This document shows, piece by piece, positions 27,218 through 43,604 of a stretch of DNA of 64,000 bases. The DNA is taken from NCBI RefSeq assembly GCF_003018115.1, contig NZ_CP027457.1; one strand, written 5' to 3'. The DNA comes from Escherichia coli. GTDB taxonomy: Bacteria > Pseudomonadota > Gammaproteobacteria > Enterobacterales > Enterobacteriaceae. The notes below the pieces were generated by a model. It did no database searches. It saw only the letters and a program-made list of their open reading frames with translations, and was not told the origin of the DNA. Within the stretch, counting starts at the first letter, position 1. Every line of letters starts with the position of its first letter. The translations under genes were made by a program, and so were the position numbers.

Positions 27218-28426
27218 ATGTCCCGCGTGTCGCAGGCGAGGAACCTGGGTAAATATTTCCTGCTCATCGATAATATGCTGGTCGTGCTGGGGTTCTTTGT
27301 TGTCTTCCCGCTGATCTCTATCCGCTTCGTTGATCAAATGGGCTGGGCCGCCGTCATGGTCGGTATTGCTCTCGGTCTACGCCAGTTTATTCAGCAAGGT
27401 CTGGGTATTTTCGGCGGCGCAATTGCCGACCGCTTTGGTGCCAAACCGATGATTGTTACCGGTATGCTGATGCGCGCCGCCGGATTCGCCACAATGGGTA
27501 TCGCCCACGAACCGTGGCTATTGTGGTTTTCATGCCTGCTCTCGGGACTCGGCGGCACGTTGTTTGATCCGCCGCGTTCGGCGCTGGTGGTGAAACTAAT
27601 CCGTCCACAACAACGTGGTCGTTTTTTCTCGCTGTTGATGATGCAGGACAGTGCCGGTGCGGTCATTGGCGCATTGTTGGGGAGCTGGCTGTTGCAATAC
27701 GACTTTCGCCTGGTCTGCGCCACAGGGGCAGTTCTATTTGTGCTGTGTGCGGCGTTCAATGCGTGGTTGTTACCGGCATGGAAACTCTCCACCGTACGCA
27801 CGCCCGTTCGTGAAGGCATGACCCGCGTGATGCGTGACAAGCGTTTTGTCACCTATGTTCTGACGCTGGCGGGTTACTACATGCTGGCTGTACAAGTGAT
27901 GCTGATGCTGCCAATTATGGTCAACGACGTGGCTGGCGCGCCCTCTGCCGTTAAATGGATGTATGCCATTGAAGCGTGTCTGTCGTTAACGTTGCTCTAC
28001 CCTATCGCCCGCTGGAGTGAAAAGCATTTTCGTCTGGAACACCGGTTGATGGCTGGGCTGTTGATAATGTCATTAAGCATGATGCCGGTGGGCATGGTCA
28101 GCGGCCTGCAACAACTTTTCACCCTGATTTGTCTGTTTTATATCGGGTCGATCATTGCCGAGCCTGCGCGTGAAACCTTAAGTGCTTCGCTGGCGGACGC
28201 AAGAGCTCGCGGCAGCTATATGGGGTTTAGCCGTCTGGGTCTGGCGATTGGTGGCGCTATTGGTTATATCGGTGGCGGCTGGCTGTTTGACCTGGGCAAA
28301 TCGGCGCACCAACCAGAGCTTCCGTGGATGATGCTGGGCATTATTGGCATCTTCACTTTCCTTGCGCTGGGCTGGCAGTTTAGCCAGAAACGCACCGCGC
28401 GTCGTTTGCTTGAACGCGACGCCTGA
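27218..28426 (+). CDS. mdtH: MFS multidrug efflux transporter MdtH
   Basis: ORF 27188-28426; start at [23 protein letters not shown]...; 12-TM profile. Confidence 0.92.
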   Translation: MSRVSQARNLGKYFLLIDNMLVVLGFFVVFPLISIRFVDQMGWAAVMVGIALGLRQFIQQGLGIFGGAIADRFGAKPMIVTGMLMRAAGFATMGIAHEPWLLWFSCLLSGLGGTLFDPPRSALVVKLIRPQQRGRFFSLLMMQDSAGAVIGALLGSWLLQYDFRLVCATGAVLFVLCAAFNAWLLPAWKLSTVRTPVREGMTRVMRDKRFVTYVLTLAGYYMLAVQVMLMLPIMVNDVAGAPSAVKWMYAIEACLSLTLLYPIARWSEKHFRLEHRLMAGLLIMSLSMMPVGMVSGLQQLFTLICLFYIGSIIAEPARETLSASLADARARGSYMGFSRLGLAIGGAIGYIGGGWLFDLGKSAHQPELPWMMLGIIGIFTFLALGWQFSQKRTARRLLERDA

Positions 28427-28489
28427 TTTGATACTCCCCCCTGACTCCTCCATACTGAAAGTGAACTGACAGCCAAATGGAGGAGTCAC

Positions 28490-29137
28490 GTGAAGCTATA
28501 CATTTACGATCACTGCCCTTACTGCCTCAAAGCCCGCATGATTTTCGGCCTGAAAAATATTCCCGTCGAATTACATGTTCTGCTCAACGACGATGCAGAA
28601 ACACCCACCCGGATGGTCGGTCAAAAACAGGTTCCCATTCTGCAAAAAGATGACAGCCGCTATATGCCAGAAAGCATGGACATCGTTCACTATGTCGATA
28701 AACTCGACGGCAAACCGTTACTGACCGGCAAACGTTCCCCTGCCATTGAAGAGTGGCTGCGCAAGGTCAATGGCTACGCCAACAAACTGCTGTTGCCGCG
28801 TTTTGCCAAATCGGCATTTGATGAGTTTTCTACTCCCGCCGCGCGCAAATATTTCGTCGACAAGAAAGAGGCCAGCGCGGGTAATTTTGCCGACCTGCTG
28901 GCCCACTCTGACGGTCTGATTAAGAATGTCAGCGATGATTTACGTGCGCTGGACAAACTGATCGTCAAACCGAACGCCGTGAATGGCGAACTTTCGGAAG
29001 ATGATATTCAGCTATTTCCGCTACTGCGTAATCTGACGCTGGTAGCCGGAATCAACTGGCCAAGCCGCGTTGCTGATTACCGCGATAATATGGCGAAACA
29101 GACACAAATCAATTTGTTATCATCAATGGCGATTTAA
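28490..29137 (+). CDS. grxB: glutaredoxin 2
   Basis: 215-aa ORF MKLYIYDHCPYCLKARMIFGLKNIP... (CPYC active site). Confidence 0.93.
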   Translation: MKLYIYDHCPYCLKARMIFGLKNIPVELHVLLNDDAETPTRMVGQKQVPILQKDDSRYMPESMDIVHYVDKLDGKPLLTGKRSPAIEEWLRKVNGYANKLLLPRFAKSAFDEFSTPAARKYFVDKKEASAGNFADLLAHSDGLIKNVSDDLRALDKLIVKPNAVNGELSEDDIQLFPLLRNLTLVAGINWPSRVADYRDNMAKQTQINLLSSMAI

Positions 29138-29270
29138 TCCTGACCCGCTGCGGCAGCCTGTATTCGCGGGTTGCCGCCGTTTTCAGTTTTTTCTGCTGGC
29201 GAGTTTATCGCTGGTGACACATGCTGCGTTGTGTCAGGATATTGACGCAGATTTCATGTCGAGGACTACC

Positions 29271-29831
29271 ATGAACAAGTTTTTATTTGCCGCTGCATTG
29301 ATCGTCAGTGGCCTGCTCGTTGGCTGTAATCAACTCACCCAATACACCATCACCGAACAAGAAATTAACCAGTCGCTTGCGAAACATAATAATTTCTCAA
29401 AAGATATCGGTTTACCCGGTGTGGCTGACGCCCATATTGTTCTGACAAACCTGACCAGCCAAATTGGTCGCGAAGAGCCGAATAAGGTTACCCTAACCGG
29501 AGACGCCAATCTGGACATGAACTCCCTGTTCGGTAGCCAGAAAGCGACCATGAAACTGAAGCTGAAAGCGCTGCCCGTGTTTGATAAAGAAAAAGGCGCG
29601 ATCTTCCTGAAAGAGATGGAAGTGGTCGATGCGACGGTACAACCGGAAAAAATGCAAACGGTGATGCAAACGTTGCTTCCCTATTTGAACCAGGCATTAC
29701 GCAATTACTTTAACCAGCAACCTGCTTACGTCCTGCGCGAAGATGGCAGCCAGGGCGAAGCAATGGCGAAAAAACTGGCGAAAGGCATTGAAGTGAAGCC
29801 AGGCGAAATTGTCATTCCATTTACTGATTAA
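29271..29831 (+). CDS. yceB: DUF1439 lipoprotein YceB
   Basis: ORF 29070-29831; start at MNKFLFAAALIVSGLLVGC (lipobox). Confidence 0.88.
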   Translation: MNKFLFAAALIVSGLLVGCNQLTQYTITEQEINQSLAKHNNFSKDIGLPGVADAHIVLTNLTSQIGREEPNKVTLTGDANLDMNSLFGSQKATMKLKLKALPVFDKEKGAIFLKEMEVVDATVQPEKMQTVMQTLLPYLNQALRNYFNQQPAYVLREDGSQGEAMAKKLAKGIEVKPGEIVIPFTD

Positions 29832-29936
29832 TCACGAGGGCGCATTCGCGCCCTTTATTTTTCGTGCAAAGGAAAACGTTTCCGCTTATCCTTTGTGTCC
29901 GGCAAAAACATCCCTTCAGCCGGAGCATAGAGATTA

Positions 29937-30983
29937 ATGACTGCACCATCCCAGGTATTAAAGATCCGCCGCCCAGACGACTGGCACCTTCACCTCCGCG
30001 ATGGCGACATGTTAAAAACTGTCGTGCCGTATACCAGCGAAATTTATGGACGGGCTATCGTAATGCCCAATCTGGCTCCGCCCGTGACCACCGTTGAGGC
30101 TGCCGTGGCGTATCGCCAACGTATTCTTGACGCCGTACCTGCCGGGCACGATTTCACCCCATTGATGACCTGTTATTTAACAGATTCGCTGGATCCTAAT
30201 GAGCTGGAGCGCGGATTTAACGAAGGCGTGTTCACCGCTGCAAAACTTTACCCGGCAAACGCAACCACTAACTCCAGCCACGGCGTGACGTCAATTGACG
30301 CAATCATGCCGGTACTTGAGCGCATGGAAAAAATCGGTATGCCGCTACTGGTGCATGGTGAAGTGACACATGCAGATATCGACATTTTTGATCGTGAAGC
30401 GCGCTTTATAGAAAGCGTGATGGAACCTCTGCGCCAGCGCCTGACTGCGCTGAAAGTCGTTTTTGAGCACATCACCACCAAAGATGCTGCCGACTATGTC
30501 CGTGACGGAAATGAACGGCTGGCTGCCACCATCACTCCGCAGCATCTGATGTTTAACCGCAACCATATGCTGGTTGGAGGCGTGCGTCCGCACCTGTATT
30601 GTCTACCCATCCTCAAACGCAATATTCACCAACAGGCATTGCGTGAACTGGTCGCCAGCGGTTTTAATCGAGTATTCCTCGGTACGGATTCTGCGCCACA
30701 TGCACGTCATCGCAAAGAGAGCAGTTGCGGCTGCGCGGGCTGCTTCAACGCCCCAACCGCGCTGGGCAGTTACGCTACCGTCTTTGAAGAGATGAATGCT
30801 CTGCAGCACTTTGAAGCATTCTGTTCTGTAAACGGCCCGCAATTCTATGGGTTGCCGGTCAACGACACATTCATCGAACTGGTACGTGAAGAGCATCAGG
30901 TTGCTGAAAGCATCGCACTGACTGATGACACGCTGGTGCCATTCCTCGCCGGGGAAACGGTACGCTGGTCCGTTAAACAATAA
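29937..30983 (+). CDS. pyrC: dihydroorotase
   Basis: 348-aa [37 protein letters not shown]... (HxH metal-binding motif). Confidence 0.95.
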   Translation: MTAPSQVLKIRRPDDWHLHLRDGDMLKTVVPYTSEIYGRAIVMPNLAPPVTTVEAAVAYRQRILDAVPAGHDFTPLMTCYLTDSLDPNELERGFNEGVFTAAKLYPANATTNSSHGVTSIDAIMPVLERMEKIGMPLLVHGEVTHADIDIFDREARFIESVMEPLRQRLTALKVVFEHITTKDAADYVRDGNERLAATITPQHLMFNRNHMLVGGVRPHLYCLPILKRNIHQQALRELVASGFNRVFLGTDSAPHARHRKESSCGCAGCFNAPTALGSYATVFEEMNALQHFEAFCSVNGPQFYGLPVNDTFIELVREEHQVAESIALTDDTLVPFLAGETVRWSVKQ

Positions 30984-31019
30984 AAATCGTAGCTTCCTGT
31001 TGTCATTAGGTTATTTTAC

Positions 31020-31035
31020 CTGTATAAATAACCAG
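31020..31035 (+). promoter_or_regulatory. LexA (SOS) box of dinI
   Basis: CTGTATAAATAACCAG matches CTG-N10-CAG with TA-rich core, ~20 nt upstream of the dinI start. Confidence 0.8.
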
Positions 31036-31056
31036 TATATTCAACAGGGGGCTATT

Positions 31057-31302
31057 ATGCGAATTGAAGTCACCATAGCGAAAACTTCTCCATTGCCAGC
31101 TGGGGCTATTGACGCCCTGGCTGGCGAACTTTCTCGCCGTATTCAGTATGCGTTTCCTGATAATGAAGGCCACGTATCGGTACGTTATGCCGCAGCGAAT
31201 AATTTATCGGTTATTGGCGCGACAAAAGAAGATAAACAGCGCATTAGCGAAATTCTCCAGGAAACGTGGGAAAGCGCCGATGACTGGTTTGTCAGCGAAT
31301 AA
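31057..31302 (+). CDS. dinI: DNA damage-inducible protein I
   Basis: 81-aa ORF MRIEVTIAKTSPLPAGAIDALAGELSRRIQYAFPDNEGHVSVRYAAANNLSVIG... from internal Met of track ORF 30925-31302. Confidence 0.93.
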   Translation: MRIEVTIAKTSPLPAGAIDALAGELSRRIQYAFPDNEGHVSVRYAAANNLSVIGATKEDKQRISEILQETWESADDWFVSE

Positions 31303-31323
31303 TATGCAGTGATTTTTGTTTTT

Positions 31324-31346
31324 GCCGGGTCGCCCCGGCTTTTTTA
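31324..31346 (+). terminator. rho-independent terminator of dinI
   Basis: GCCGGG-TCGCC-CCGGC stem followed by TTTTTTATTTT. Confidence 0.65.
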
Positions 31347-31591
31347 TTTTACTTACGAATTTTGAGTACAAAATTTCTACACCTCCTCAAAATAATTGCA
31401 CAATATGCTAAAAAAATATGAATGACATGCTGTTTTATTGTTCATATAAATCTTAAAAGCAGAAATTTATCTGTTTCCCCCTTTAAAAATTCGGTGAATA
31501 CCCTTACTTATTGGTATACTGAAGTTGCTTCAGATAAAAACGCATTGAACCTCGAATAACGTTGTCTAGTAACACGAATTAGGGGGCCATG

Positions 31592-31846
31592 ATGGAAAAA
31601 AATAATGAAGTCATTCAGACTCATCCGCTCGTAGGGTGGGACATCAGCACCGTTGATAGCTATGATGCGCTGATGTTGCGTTTGCACTACCAGACCCCAA
31701 ATAAGTCCGAGCAGGAAGGGACTGAAGTTGGTCAGACGCTCTGGTTAACCACTGATGTTGCCAGACAATTTATTTCGATATTAGAAGCAGGAATCGCCAA
31801 AATTGAATCCGGTGATTTCCCGGTAAACGAGTATCGGCGTCATTAA
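31592..31846 (+). CDS. bssS: biofilm regulator BssS
   Basis: 84-aa ORF MEKNNEVIQTHPLVGWDISTVDSYDALMLRLHYQTPNK... Confidence 0.9.
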   Translation: MEKNNEVIQTHPLVGWDISTVDSYDALMLRLHYQTPNKSEQEGTEVGQTLWLTTDVARQFISILEAGIAKIESGDFPVNEYRRH

Positions 31847-31960
31847 CATGACATGACCATCCACCCAAAAGGCACCTCACCGGTGCCTTTACCATTTCTG
31901 GGTTGTATATCTGCATTCAGTTAATTACTCTGCTTAAACCATGAGAGCAGAGAGAAAAAA

Positions 31961-33079
31961 ATGAAATACGATCTCATCATTATTGGCAGCGGTTCCGTAG
32001 GCGCTGCCGCCGGGTATTATGCAACCCGCGCCGGTTTAAACGTGCTTATGACCGACGCCCATATGCCACCACATCAACACGGCAGCCACCACGGCGATAC
32101 GCGATTAATTCGCCATGCTTATGGTGAAGGCGAAAAGTATGTCCCGCTGGTCCTCCGCGCGCAAACGCTGTGGGATGAGCTCTCCCGCCACAACGAAGAT
32201 GATCCTATTTTTGTACGCTCTGGTGTCATTAACCTTGGCCCGGCTGACTCCGCATTTCTCGCCAACGTCGCCCACAGCGCCGAACAGTGGCAACTCAACG
32301 TTGAAAAGCTCGATGCGCAAGGGATTATGGCCCGCTGGCCAGAAATACTCGTCCCGGACAACTACATCGGCTTATTTGAGACTGATTCCGGTTTTTTGCG
32401 CAGCGAACTGGCGATTAAAACCTGGATCCAACTGGCGAAGGAAGCGGGCTGTGCGCAACTGTTCAACTGCCCGGTCACCGCAATTCGTCATGACGATGAT
32501 GGCGTAACTATTGAAACGGCTGACGGTGAGTATCAGGCGAAAAAAGCGATTGTCTGCGCGGGAACATGGGTAAAAGACCTGCTCCCGGAGCTGCCTGTCC
32601 AGCCCGTACGTAAAGTATTTGCCTGGTATCAGGCCGATGGCCGCTATAGCGTGAAGAATAAATTCCCGGCGTTTACCGGTGAACTGCCCAATGGCGATCA
32701 ATATTATGGTTTTCCGGCAGAAAACGACGCGTTGAAGATTGGTAAACATAACGGAGGCCAGGTTATCCATTCAGCGGATGAACGTGTTCCGTTTGCGGAA
32801 GTGGCCAGTGATGGGTCAGAAGCCTTCCCGTTCTTGCGCAATGTATTGCCGGGTATCGGTTGCTGCCTGTACGGCGCTGCCTGCACCTATGATAATTCGC
32901 CTGACGAAGATTTTATTATCGATACCCTACCCGGCCACGATAATACACTGCTCATTACCGGCCTGAGTGGGCACGGTTTTAAATTTGCGTCAGTTTTAGG
33001 GGAAATAGCTGCCGATTTTGCGCAAGACAAAAAAAGCGATTTTGATTTGACGCCATTCAGGCTTTCCCGCTTCCAATAA
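31961..33079 (+). CDS. solA: N-methyl-L-tryptophan oxidase
   Basis: 372-aa [28 protein letters not shown]... (FAD-binding GxGxxG). Confidence 0.93.
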
Positions 33080-33099
33080 TCATCATTACGGCCTCCAGA

Positions 33100-33240
33100 A
33101 TGAGGCCGTTTTTACAGGAGTATTTAATGCGTCGGCTGTTGCACTATCTCATCAATAATATTCGCGAGCATCTGATGCTTTATCTTTTTCTCTGGGGATT
33201 GTTGGCAATTATGGATCTGATCTATGTGTTTTATTTTTAG
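33100..33240 (+). CDS. yceO: small membrane protein YceO
   Basis: 46-codon ORF below track cutoff: [46 protein letters not shown]; start overlaps the solA terminator hairpin. Confidence 0.7.
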
Positions 33241-33500
33241 TTTTCCGCACTGACATAAACTGACAAATATTTAATCTCCCTTTCATTTAGCGTGAAAAAT
33301 TGAATGAGATTATTCCTGCTTCTACAGCACTCACCAGACATCTCTGATGCTGAACCCACTAAACTTATGAAGATTCTTTCATTATTAATTCAAAATTATT
33401 GAAATAAAAATAAATATCATTCAATTTGTTATTTTTGTGTTGCAATTCATTCTCCGACACGCCATTTTCTTTCTCTCGCAAATTCGTTTTGGATGCACTT

Positions 33501-34067
33501 ATGTCATTCACAAATACCCCTGAACGCTATGGTGTTATATCTGCGGCCTTCCATTGGCTAAGCGCAATTATTGTCTACGGCATGTTTGCTTTAGGTCTGT
33601 GGATGGTCACGCTCAGTTATTACGATGGCTGGTATCACAAAGCACCCGAACTGCATAAAAGCATCGGTATTTTGTTAATGATGGGGCTGGTTATTCGCGT
33701 TCTGTGGCGTGTCATATCTCCACCGCCGGGTCCGCTGCCGAGTTATTCGCCCATGACTCGTCTTGCCGCAAAAGCTGGACATCTCGCATTGTACCTATTG
33801 CTGTTCGCCATCGGCATCAGCGGCTATCTGATCTCAACTGCCGATGGTAAACCGATCAGCGTTTTTGGCTGGTTTGACGTCCCCGCGACCCTTGCCGACG
33901 CTGGCGCACAGGCAGACTTTGCCGGTGCCCTGCATTTTTGGCTCGCGTGGAGCGTCGTAGTACTGTCCGTTATGCACGGATTTATGGCCCTGAAGCATCA
34001 TTTCATCGATAAAGACGACACTCTGAAGCGCATGCTGGGAAAGTCGTCATCTGACTATGGAGTATAA
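33501..34067 (+). CDS. yceJ: cytochrome b561 homolog
   Basis: ORF 33426-34067; start at MSFTNTPERYGVISAAFHWLSAIIVYGMF... Confidence 0.88.
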   Translation: MSFTNTPERYGVISAAFHWLSAIIVYGMFALGLWMVTLSYYDGWYHKAPELHKSIGILLMMGLVIRVLWRVISPPPGPLPSYSPMTRLAAKAGHLALYLLLFAIGISGYLISTADGKPISVFGWFDVPATLADAGAQADFAGALHFWLAWSVVVLSVMHGFMALKHHFIDKDDTLKRMLGKSSSDYGV

Positions 34068-34070
34068 AAA

Positions 34071-34646
34071 ATGAAAAAAAGCCTGCTTGGTTTAACCTTC
34101 GCGTCCCTGATGTTCTCTGCCGGTTCAGCGGTTGCCGCCGATTACAAAATTGACAAAGAAGGTCAGCACGCCTTTGTTAACTTCCGCATCCAGCATCTTG
34201 GCTATAGCTGGTTATATGGCACCTTTAAAGATTTCGACGGTACTTTTACCTTTGATGAAAAAAATCCAGCTGCCGATAAAGTGAATGTGACAATTAACAC
34301 CACCAGCGTCGATACTAATCACGCCGAACGTGATAAACATCTTCGCAGTGCAGATTTCCTCAATACCGCAAAATATCCACAGGCAACATTCACCTCCACC
34401 AGCGTGAAGAAAGACGGTGACGAACTGGATATTACCGGCGATCTGACGCTGAATGGCGTAACCAAACCCGTCACGCTGGAAGCGAAATTAATTGGTCAGG
34501 GCGACGACCCGTGGGGTGGTAAACGAGCAGGCTTTGAGGCCGAAGGCAAAATTAAGCTCAAGGACTTCAATATCAAGACAGATTTAGGTCCAGCTTCTCA
34601 GGAAGTGGATCTGATTATTTCAGTGGAAGGCGTACAGCAGAAGTAA
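34071..34646 (+). CDS. yceI: periplasmic polyisoprenoid-binding protein YceI
   Basis: 191-aa ORF with signal peptide [22 protein letters not shown]. Confidence 0.9.
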
Positions 34647-34687
34647 GAGTGAAATGTTGCCGGATGGCACGCATCCGGCAATGATAT

Positions 34688-35740
34688 TTATTCTGTTGGA
34701 TCAGGAATGCCCAGTGTTGTATTCAGACGTCCACGAGACTTATTAAAGATCTTATTGCCATTTTCACGTCCTGCCCGACGGCGTCGCTGTTCTTCTGGCG
34801 GTAACGCGCTTTCTTCGCAGCAAATCTCACTACAACAACCTTTGTATTTTTCCGCACATACTGGACACTGAATAAACAGCAGGTGGCAGCCATCATTTTT
34901 ACAGTTGGTATGGCTGTCGCACGGCGCACCGCACTGGTGGCAATGCGCAATAATCTCATCAGTTATACGTTCGCCCATCCGCTCGTCAAAAACAAAATTT
35001 TTGCCAATAAAACGCACCGGCAAGCCCTGCTCGCGCGCCCTACGGGCGTATTCAATAATTCCGCCCTCGATATGCCAGACTTTATTGAATCCGTTATGTT
35101 TCATCCAGGCACTGGCCTTTTCACAACGAATGCCGCCGGTGCAGTACATGACGATTTTTTTATCTTTATGTGCCTGCATCATCTCGACTGCTTTTGGCAG
35201 CTGCTCACGGAAGGTATCTGCTGGAATTTCCAGCGCGTTTTCAAAGTGCCCCACTTCATACTCATAGTGGTTACGCATGTCGATAAACAGTGCATCGGGA
35301 TCGTCAAGCATGGCGTTCACTTCCGCCGCTTGCAGATACTCACCAACATTGCTGGCATCAAAGTGAGGATCGTCAATACCGTCGGCAACGATACGATCGC
35401 GGACCTTCATGCGCAGTACCCAGAAGGATTTCCCGTCATCATCCAACGCGATATTCAGGCGTAAGCCATCTAAAGCCGAGTCGAAGGCATAGAGCTGCGC
35501 GCGAAATGTTTCAACATTGCTCGCAGGTACGCTGATTTGCGCGTTAATGCCCTCATGCGCCAGATACACTCGCCCAAAAACATTCAGCGCGGTAAACAGC
35601 TGATATAAAGCGTCACGGGTCGCCTTAGGATCGGCGATGTGGAAATACTTATAAAACGAAATGGTGGTTCGCGGTTCGCTCTCAGCCAACATTTTGGCTT
35701 TTAACGCGTCGTTGGAAATGCGGTTGTGTAACACTGGCAT
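34688..35740 (-). CDS. trhO: tRNA uridine(34) hydroxylase (rhodanese-domain, YceA)
   Basis: ORF 34688-35794; start at [32 protein letters not shown]...; rhodanese CTGGIRC motif and C-terminal Cys cluster. Confidence 0.9.
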   Translation of the reverse strand: MPVLHNRISNDALKAKMLAESEPRTTISFYKYFHIADPKATRDALYQLFTALNVFGRVYLAHEGINAQISVPASNVETFRAQLYAFDSALDGLRLNIALDDDGKSFWVLRMKVRDRIVADGIDDPHFDASNVGEYLQAAEVNAMLDDPDALFIDMRNHYEYEVGHFENALEIPADTFREQLPKAVEMMQAHKDKKIVMYCTGGIRCEKASAWMKHNGFNKVWHIEGGIIEYARRAREQGLPVRFIGKNFVFDERMGERITDEIIAHCHQCGAPCDSHTNCKNDGCHLLFIQCPVCAEKYKGCCSEICCEESALPPEEQRRRRAGRENGNKIFNKSRGRLNTTLGIPDPTE

Positions 35741-35964
35741 GGTGTACGATTCCTGCGAGATGGGAAAGTAAAAATCCGCGGCATGATATAGCAATTATCG
35801 ATAATTAACATCCACATATTTTACGCTACATTTGCGCATTAAAAATTATTTGTTATTTACAAGCGCGGCAATTTCGCCCAGTCTTCAGCCACAAATTTTG
35901 GTTGCGGGCGAAAAAATGCGACAATACATACAATTGCCCGAATAGGTTGAAAAACAGGATTGAT

Positions 35965-36885
35965 ATGACGAATCTACCCAAGTTCTCCACCGCACTGCTT
36001 CATCCGCGTTATTGGTTAACCTGGTTGGGTATTGGCGTACTTTGGTTAGTCGTGCAATTGCCCTACCCGGTTATCTACCGCCTCGGTTGTGGATTAGGAA
36101 AACTGGCGTTACGTTTTATGAAACGACGCGCAAAAATTGTGCATCGCAACCTGGAACTGTGCTTCCCGGAAATGAGCGAACAAGAACGCCGTAAAATGGC
36201 GGTGAAGAATTTCGAATCCGTTGGCATGGGACTGATGGAAACTGGCATGGCGTGGTTCTGGCCGGACCGCCGAATCGCCCGCTGGACGGAAGTGATCGGC
36301 ATGGAACACATTCGTGACGTGCAGGCGCAAAAACGCGGCATCCTGTTAGTTGGCATCCATTTTCTTACACTGGAGCTGGGTGCGCGGCAGTTTGGTATGC
36401 AGGAACCGGGGATTGGCGTTTACCGCCCGAACGATAATCCACTGATTGACTGGCTACAAACCTGGGGCCGTTTGCGCTCAAATAAATCGATGCTCGACCG
36501 CAAAGATTTAAAAGGCATGATTAAAGCCCTGAAAAAAGGCGAAGTGGTCTGGTACGCACCGGATCATGATTACGGCCCGCGCTCAAGCGTTTTCGTCCCG
36601 TTGTTTGCCGTTGAGCAGGCTGCGACCACGACCGGAACCTGGATGCTGGCACGGATGTCCGGCGCATGTCTGGTGCCCTTCGTTCCACGCCGTAAGCCAG
36701 ATGGCAAAGGGTATCAATTGATTATGCTGCCGCCAGAGTGTTCTCCGCCGCTGGATGATGCCGAAACTACCGCCGCGTGGATGAACAAAGTGGTCGAAAA
36801 ATGCATCATGATGGCACCAGAGCAGTATATGTGGTTACACCGTCGCTTTAAAACACGCCCGGAAGGCGTTCCTTCACGCTATTAA
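35965..36885 (+). CDS. lpxL: lipid A lauroyl acyltransferase
   Basis: ORF 35902-36885; start at [27 protein letters not shown]... Confidence 0.92.
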   Translation: MTNLPKFSTALLHPRYWLTWLGIGVLWLVVQLPYPVIYRLGCGLGKLALRFMKRRAKIVHRNLELCFPEMSEQERRKMAVKNFESVGMGLMETGMAWFWPDRRIARWTEVIGMEHIRDVQAQKRGILLVGIHFLTLELGARQFGMQEPGIGVYRPNDNPLIDWLQTWGRLRSNKSMLDRKDLKGMIKALKKGEVVWYAPDHDYGPRSSVFVPLFAVEQAATTTGTWMLARMSGACLVPFVPRRKPDGKGYQLIMLPPECSPPLDDAETTAAWMNKVVEKCIMMAPEQYMWLHRRFKTRPEGVPSRY

Positions 36886-37056
36886 ATCTCCCATGCCGGA
36901 TGCTTCAGAATGGCATCCGGCATTACCACAGCAAATCCCCCTGATTTAGCGATAAAAGCTCTCTGGATTGCGCCCCCTGGAAGTCGGGCGCATAATTAGT
37001 GTGCTTATCTTTTCTTCTTATGTTCACCGCGCCTGGCGCACCAACAGCGGATTGCT

Positions 37057-38283
37057 ATGTCACCCTGTGAAAATGACACCCCTATAAACTGGAAACGAAA
37101 CCTGATCGTCGCCTGGCTAGGCTGTTTTCTTACCGGGGCCGCCTTCAGTCTGGTAATGCCCTTCTTACCCCTCTACGTTGAGCAGCTTGGCGTTACCGGC
37201 CACTCCGCCTTGAATATGTGGTCCGGTATTGTCTTCAGCATTACATTTTTATTTTCGGCCATCGCCTCACCGTTTTGGGGTGGACTCGCCGACCGTAAAG
37301 GCCGAAAACTCATGCTATTACGTTCTGCTCTCGGCATGGGCATCGTGATGGTGTTGATGGGACTGGCACAAAATATCTGGCAGTTTTTGATCCTGCGGGC
37401 GCTTCTTGGTTTACTTGGCGGATTTGTCCCCAACGCTAATGCTCTTATCGCCACACAAGTACCGCGTAATAAAAGCGGCTGGGCGCTGGGTACGCTCTCC
37501 ACAGGCGGCGTTAGTGGTGCGTTGCTCGGCCCAATGGCTGGCGGCCTGCTCGCCGATAGCTACGGCTTACGTCCGGTATTCTTTATTACCGCCAGTGTGC
37601 TCATACTCTGCTTTTCCGTCACCCTGTTCTGCATCAGAGAAAAATTCCAGCCGGTCAGCAAAAAAGAGATGCTGCACATGCGGGAAGTGGTGACATCACT
37701 TAAAAACCCGAAACTGGTACTCAGCCTGTTTGTCACCACGTTAATCATCCAGGTAGCGACGGGCTCAATTGCCCCCATTCTGACGCTGTATGTCCGCGAA
37801 CTGGCGGGTAACGTCAGTAACGTCGCCTTTATCAGTGGCATGATCGCCTCGGTGCCAGGCGTGGCGGCTCTGCTGAGTGCACCACGACTCGGCAAACTTG
37901 GCGATCGAATCGGCCCCGAAAAGATCCTGATTACGGCGCTGATCTTTTCTGTACTGCTGTTGATCCCAATGTCATACGTTCAGACGCCATTACAACTTGG
38001 GATTTTACGTTTTTTGCTCGGTGCCGCCGATGGTGCACTACTCCCCGCCGTACAGACCCTGTTGGTTTACAACTCGAGCAACCAAATCGCCGGACGTATC
38101 TTCAGCTATAACCAATCGTTTCGTGATATTGGCAACGTTACCGGACCATTGATGGGAGCAGCGATTTCAGCGAACTACGGTTTCAGAGCGGTATTTCTCG
38201 TCACCGCTGGCGTAGTGTTATTCAACGCAGTCTATTCATGGAACAGTCTACGTCGTCGTCGAATACCCCAGGTATCGAACTGA
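37057..38283 (+). CDS. mdtG: MFS multidrug efflux transporter MdtG
   Basis: 408-aa [48 protein letters not shown]... Confidence 0.93.
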   Translation: MSPCENDTPINWKRNLIVAWLGCFLTGAAFSLVMPFLPLYVEQLGVTGHSALNMWSGIVFSITFLFSAIASPFWGGLADRKGRKLMLLRSALGMGIVMVLMGLAQNIWQFLILRALLGLLGGFVPNANALIATQVPRNKSGWALGTLSTGGVSGALLGPMAGGLLADSYGLRPVFFITASVLILCFSVTLFCIREKFQPVSKKEMLHMREVVTSLKNPKLVLSLFVTTLIIQVATGSIAPILTLYVRELAGNVSNVAFISGMIASVPGVAALLSAPRLGKLGDRIGPEKILITALIFSVLLLIPMSYVQTPLQLGILRFLLGAADGALLPAVQTLLVYNSSNQIAGRIFSYNQSFRDIGNVTGPLMGAAISANYGFRAVFLVTAGVVLFNAVYSWNSLRRRRIPQVSN

Positions 38284-38365
38284 TTTTTCGCCTTTCATAC
38301 TTGCAAAAGCGGAGAATCAGCTATCCTTTTCCCTGAAACCTCATCAACTCAAAGGGAGAATCGTG

Positions 38366-38740
38366 ATGACCATGTACGCAACGCTTGAAGAAGCCATTGA
38401 CGCTGCACGCGAAGAATTTCTTGCAGACAACCCCGGCATTGACGCCGAAGACGCGAATGTGCAACAGTTCAATGCCCAAAAATACGTTTTGCAGGACGGC
38501 GACATCATGTGGCAAGTTGAGTTTTTTGCCGACGAAGGGGAAGAAGGTGAATGTTTACCTATGCTTAGCGGTGAAGCCGCGCAAAGTGTTTTTGATGGCG
38601 ACTATGATGAGATAGAGATCCGCCAGGAGTGGCAGGAAGAGAATACATTACATGAATGGGACGAGGGGGAATTTCAGCTTGAGCCACCGCTGGATACCGA
38701 GGAAGGACGCGCAGCAGCTGATGAGTGGGATGAACGTTAA
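38366..38740 (+). CDS. msyB: acidic protein MsyB
   Basis: 124-aa highly acidic ORF MTMYATLEEAIDAAREEFLADNPGIDAEDANVQQF... Confidence 0.9.
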   Translation: MTMYATLEEAIDAAREEFLADNPGIDAEDANVQQFNAQKYVLQDGDIMWQVEFFADEGEEGECLPMLSGEAAQSVFDGDYDEIEIRQEWQEENTLHEWDEGEFQLEPPLDTEEGRAAADEWDER

Positions 38741-38968
38741 TCACTCATACGGGCCATGATGAATGTCGATCGGCAGCAGTAAAGTATCAAAAACCAGGGA
38801 GAATGGCAGATCAAGGATTGTGACATAACGCCAGGCGGAGTCACGCACATCCCATTGCACACCGGGATAATATTGGTTGCCATGCCCCTGCCCCGGTATA
38901 GTGCGGCTAATGATGCTGCCACAGCCACTCAGCAAGGTCACCATGATGCTCACCACAATTAAACGCAT
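38741..38968 (-). CDS. yceK: DUF1375 lipoprotein YceK
   Basis: 75-aa ORF MRLIVVSIMVTLLSGCGSIISRT... (lipobox); convergent with msyB. Confidence 0.85.
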   Translation of the reverse strand: MRLIVVSIMVTLLSGCGSIISRTIPGQGHGNQYYPGVQWDVRDSAWRYVTILDLPFSLVFDTLLLPIDIHHGPYE

Positions 38969-38984
38969 TTGATACCTCTTCCGT

Positions 38985-39016
38985 AAAAAAATACCGGCAT
39001 AACGCCGGTATTTTTA
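38985..39016 (-). terminator. bidirectional rho-independent terminator downstream of opgH
   Basis: Perfect 10-bp stem AAATACCGGC/GCCGGTATTT with 5-nt loop, flanked by A-run and T-run. Confidence 0.7.
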
Positions 39017-39032
39017 TTGGCTCGTTGTTTTT

Positions 39033-39133
39033 GCCAGATGCGACGTGAACGCCTTACCCAACCTACAAAATCTTGCAAAATCAATAAATTGCAGGAACGA
39101 TGTAGGCCTGATAAGCGTAGCGCATCAGGCAAC
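39033..39133. repeat. REP-like palindromic units
   Basis: GATGTAGGCCTGATAAGCGTAGCGCATCAGGCAA and a degenerate REP copy between the opgH stop and the terminator. Confidence 0.6.
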
Positions 39134-39140
39134 TACGTTT

Positions 39141-43323
<4,183 letters not shown>

Positions 43324-43604
43324 TCAGCACGCTGGCTCATGGATTAAGCACCTGATTGCAACCGTTTTCACTTTCCGTGCTTCTCCTAAAGACAGAAGCA
43401 TCGACTTCGTGTAGGGTTTGCCAGCAAATTTATTTATCAACCGTCTTACAGACGCTTCCATTCTGGTTAGTGGTAGCGGTGATGCTATGCATAAAAACTT
43501 GAAGCCTGCGCCTGGCGCGGTCAGGTCGGTGTCGCTATGGCAACAAGCCTAAAGGCATAACCCGACAGGGATAAGACGAAAAATCCGAGATTAGTTAACC
43601 ATAT

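Noticed and set aside
34883-35464. 193-aa plus-strand ORF
   Set aside because: Antisense to trhO (yceA), which carries rhodanese and Cys-cluster motifs.
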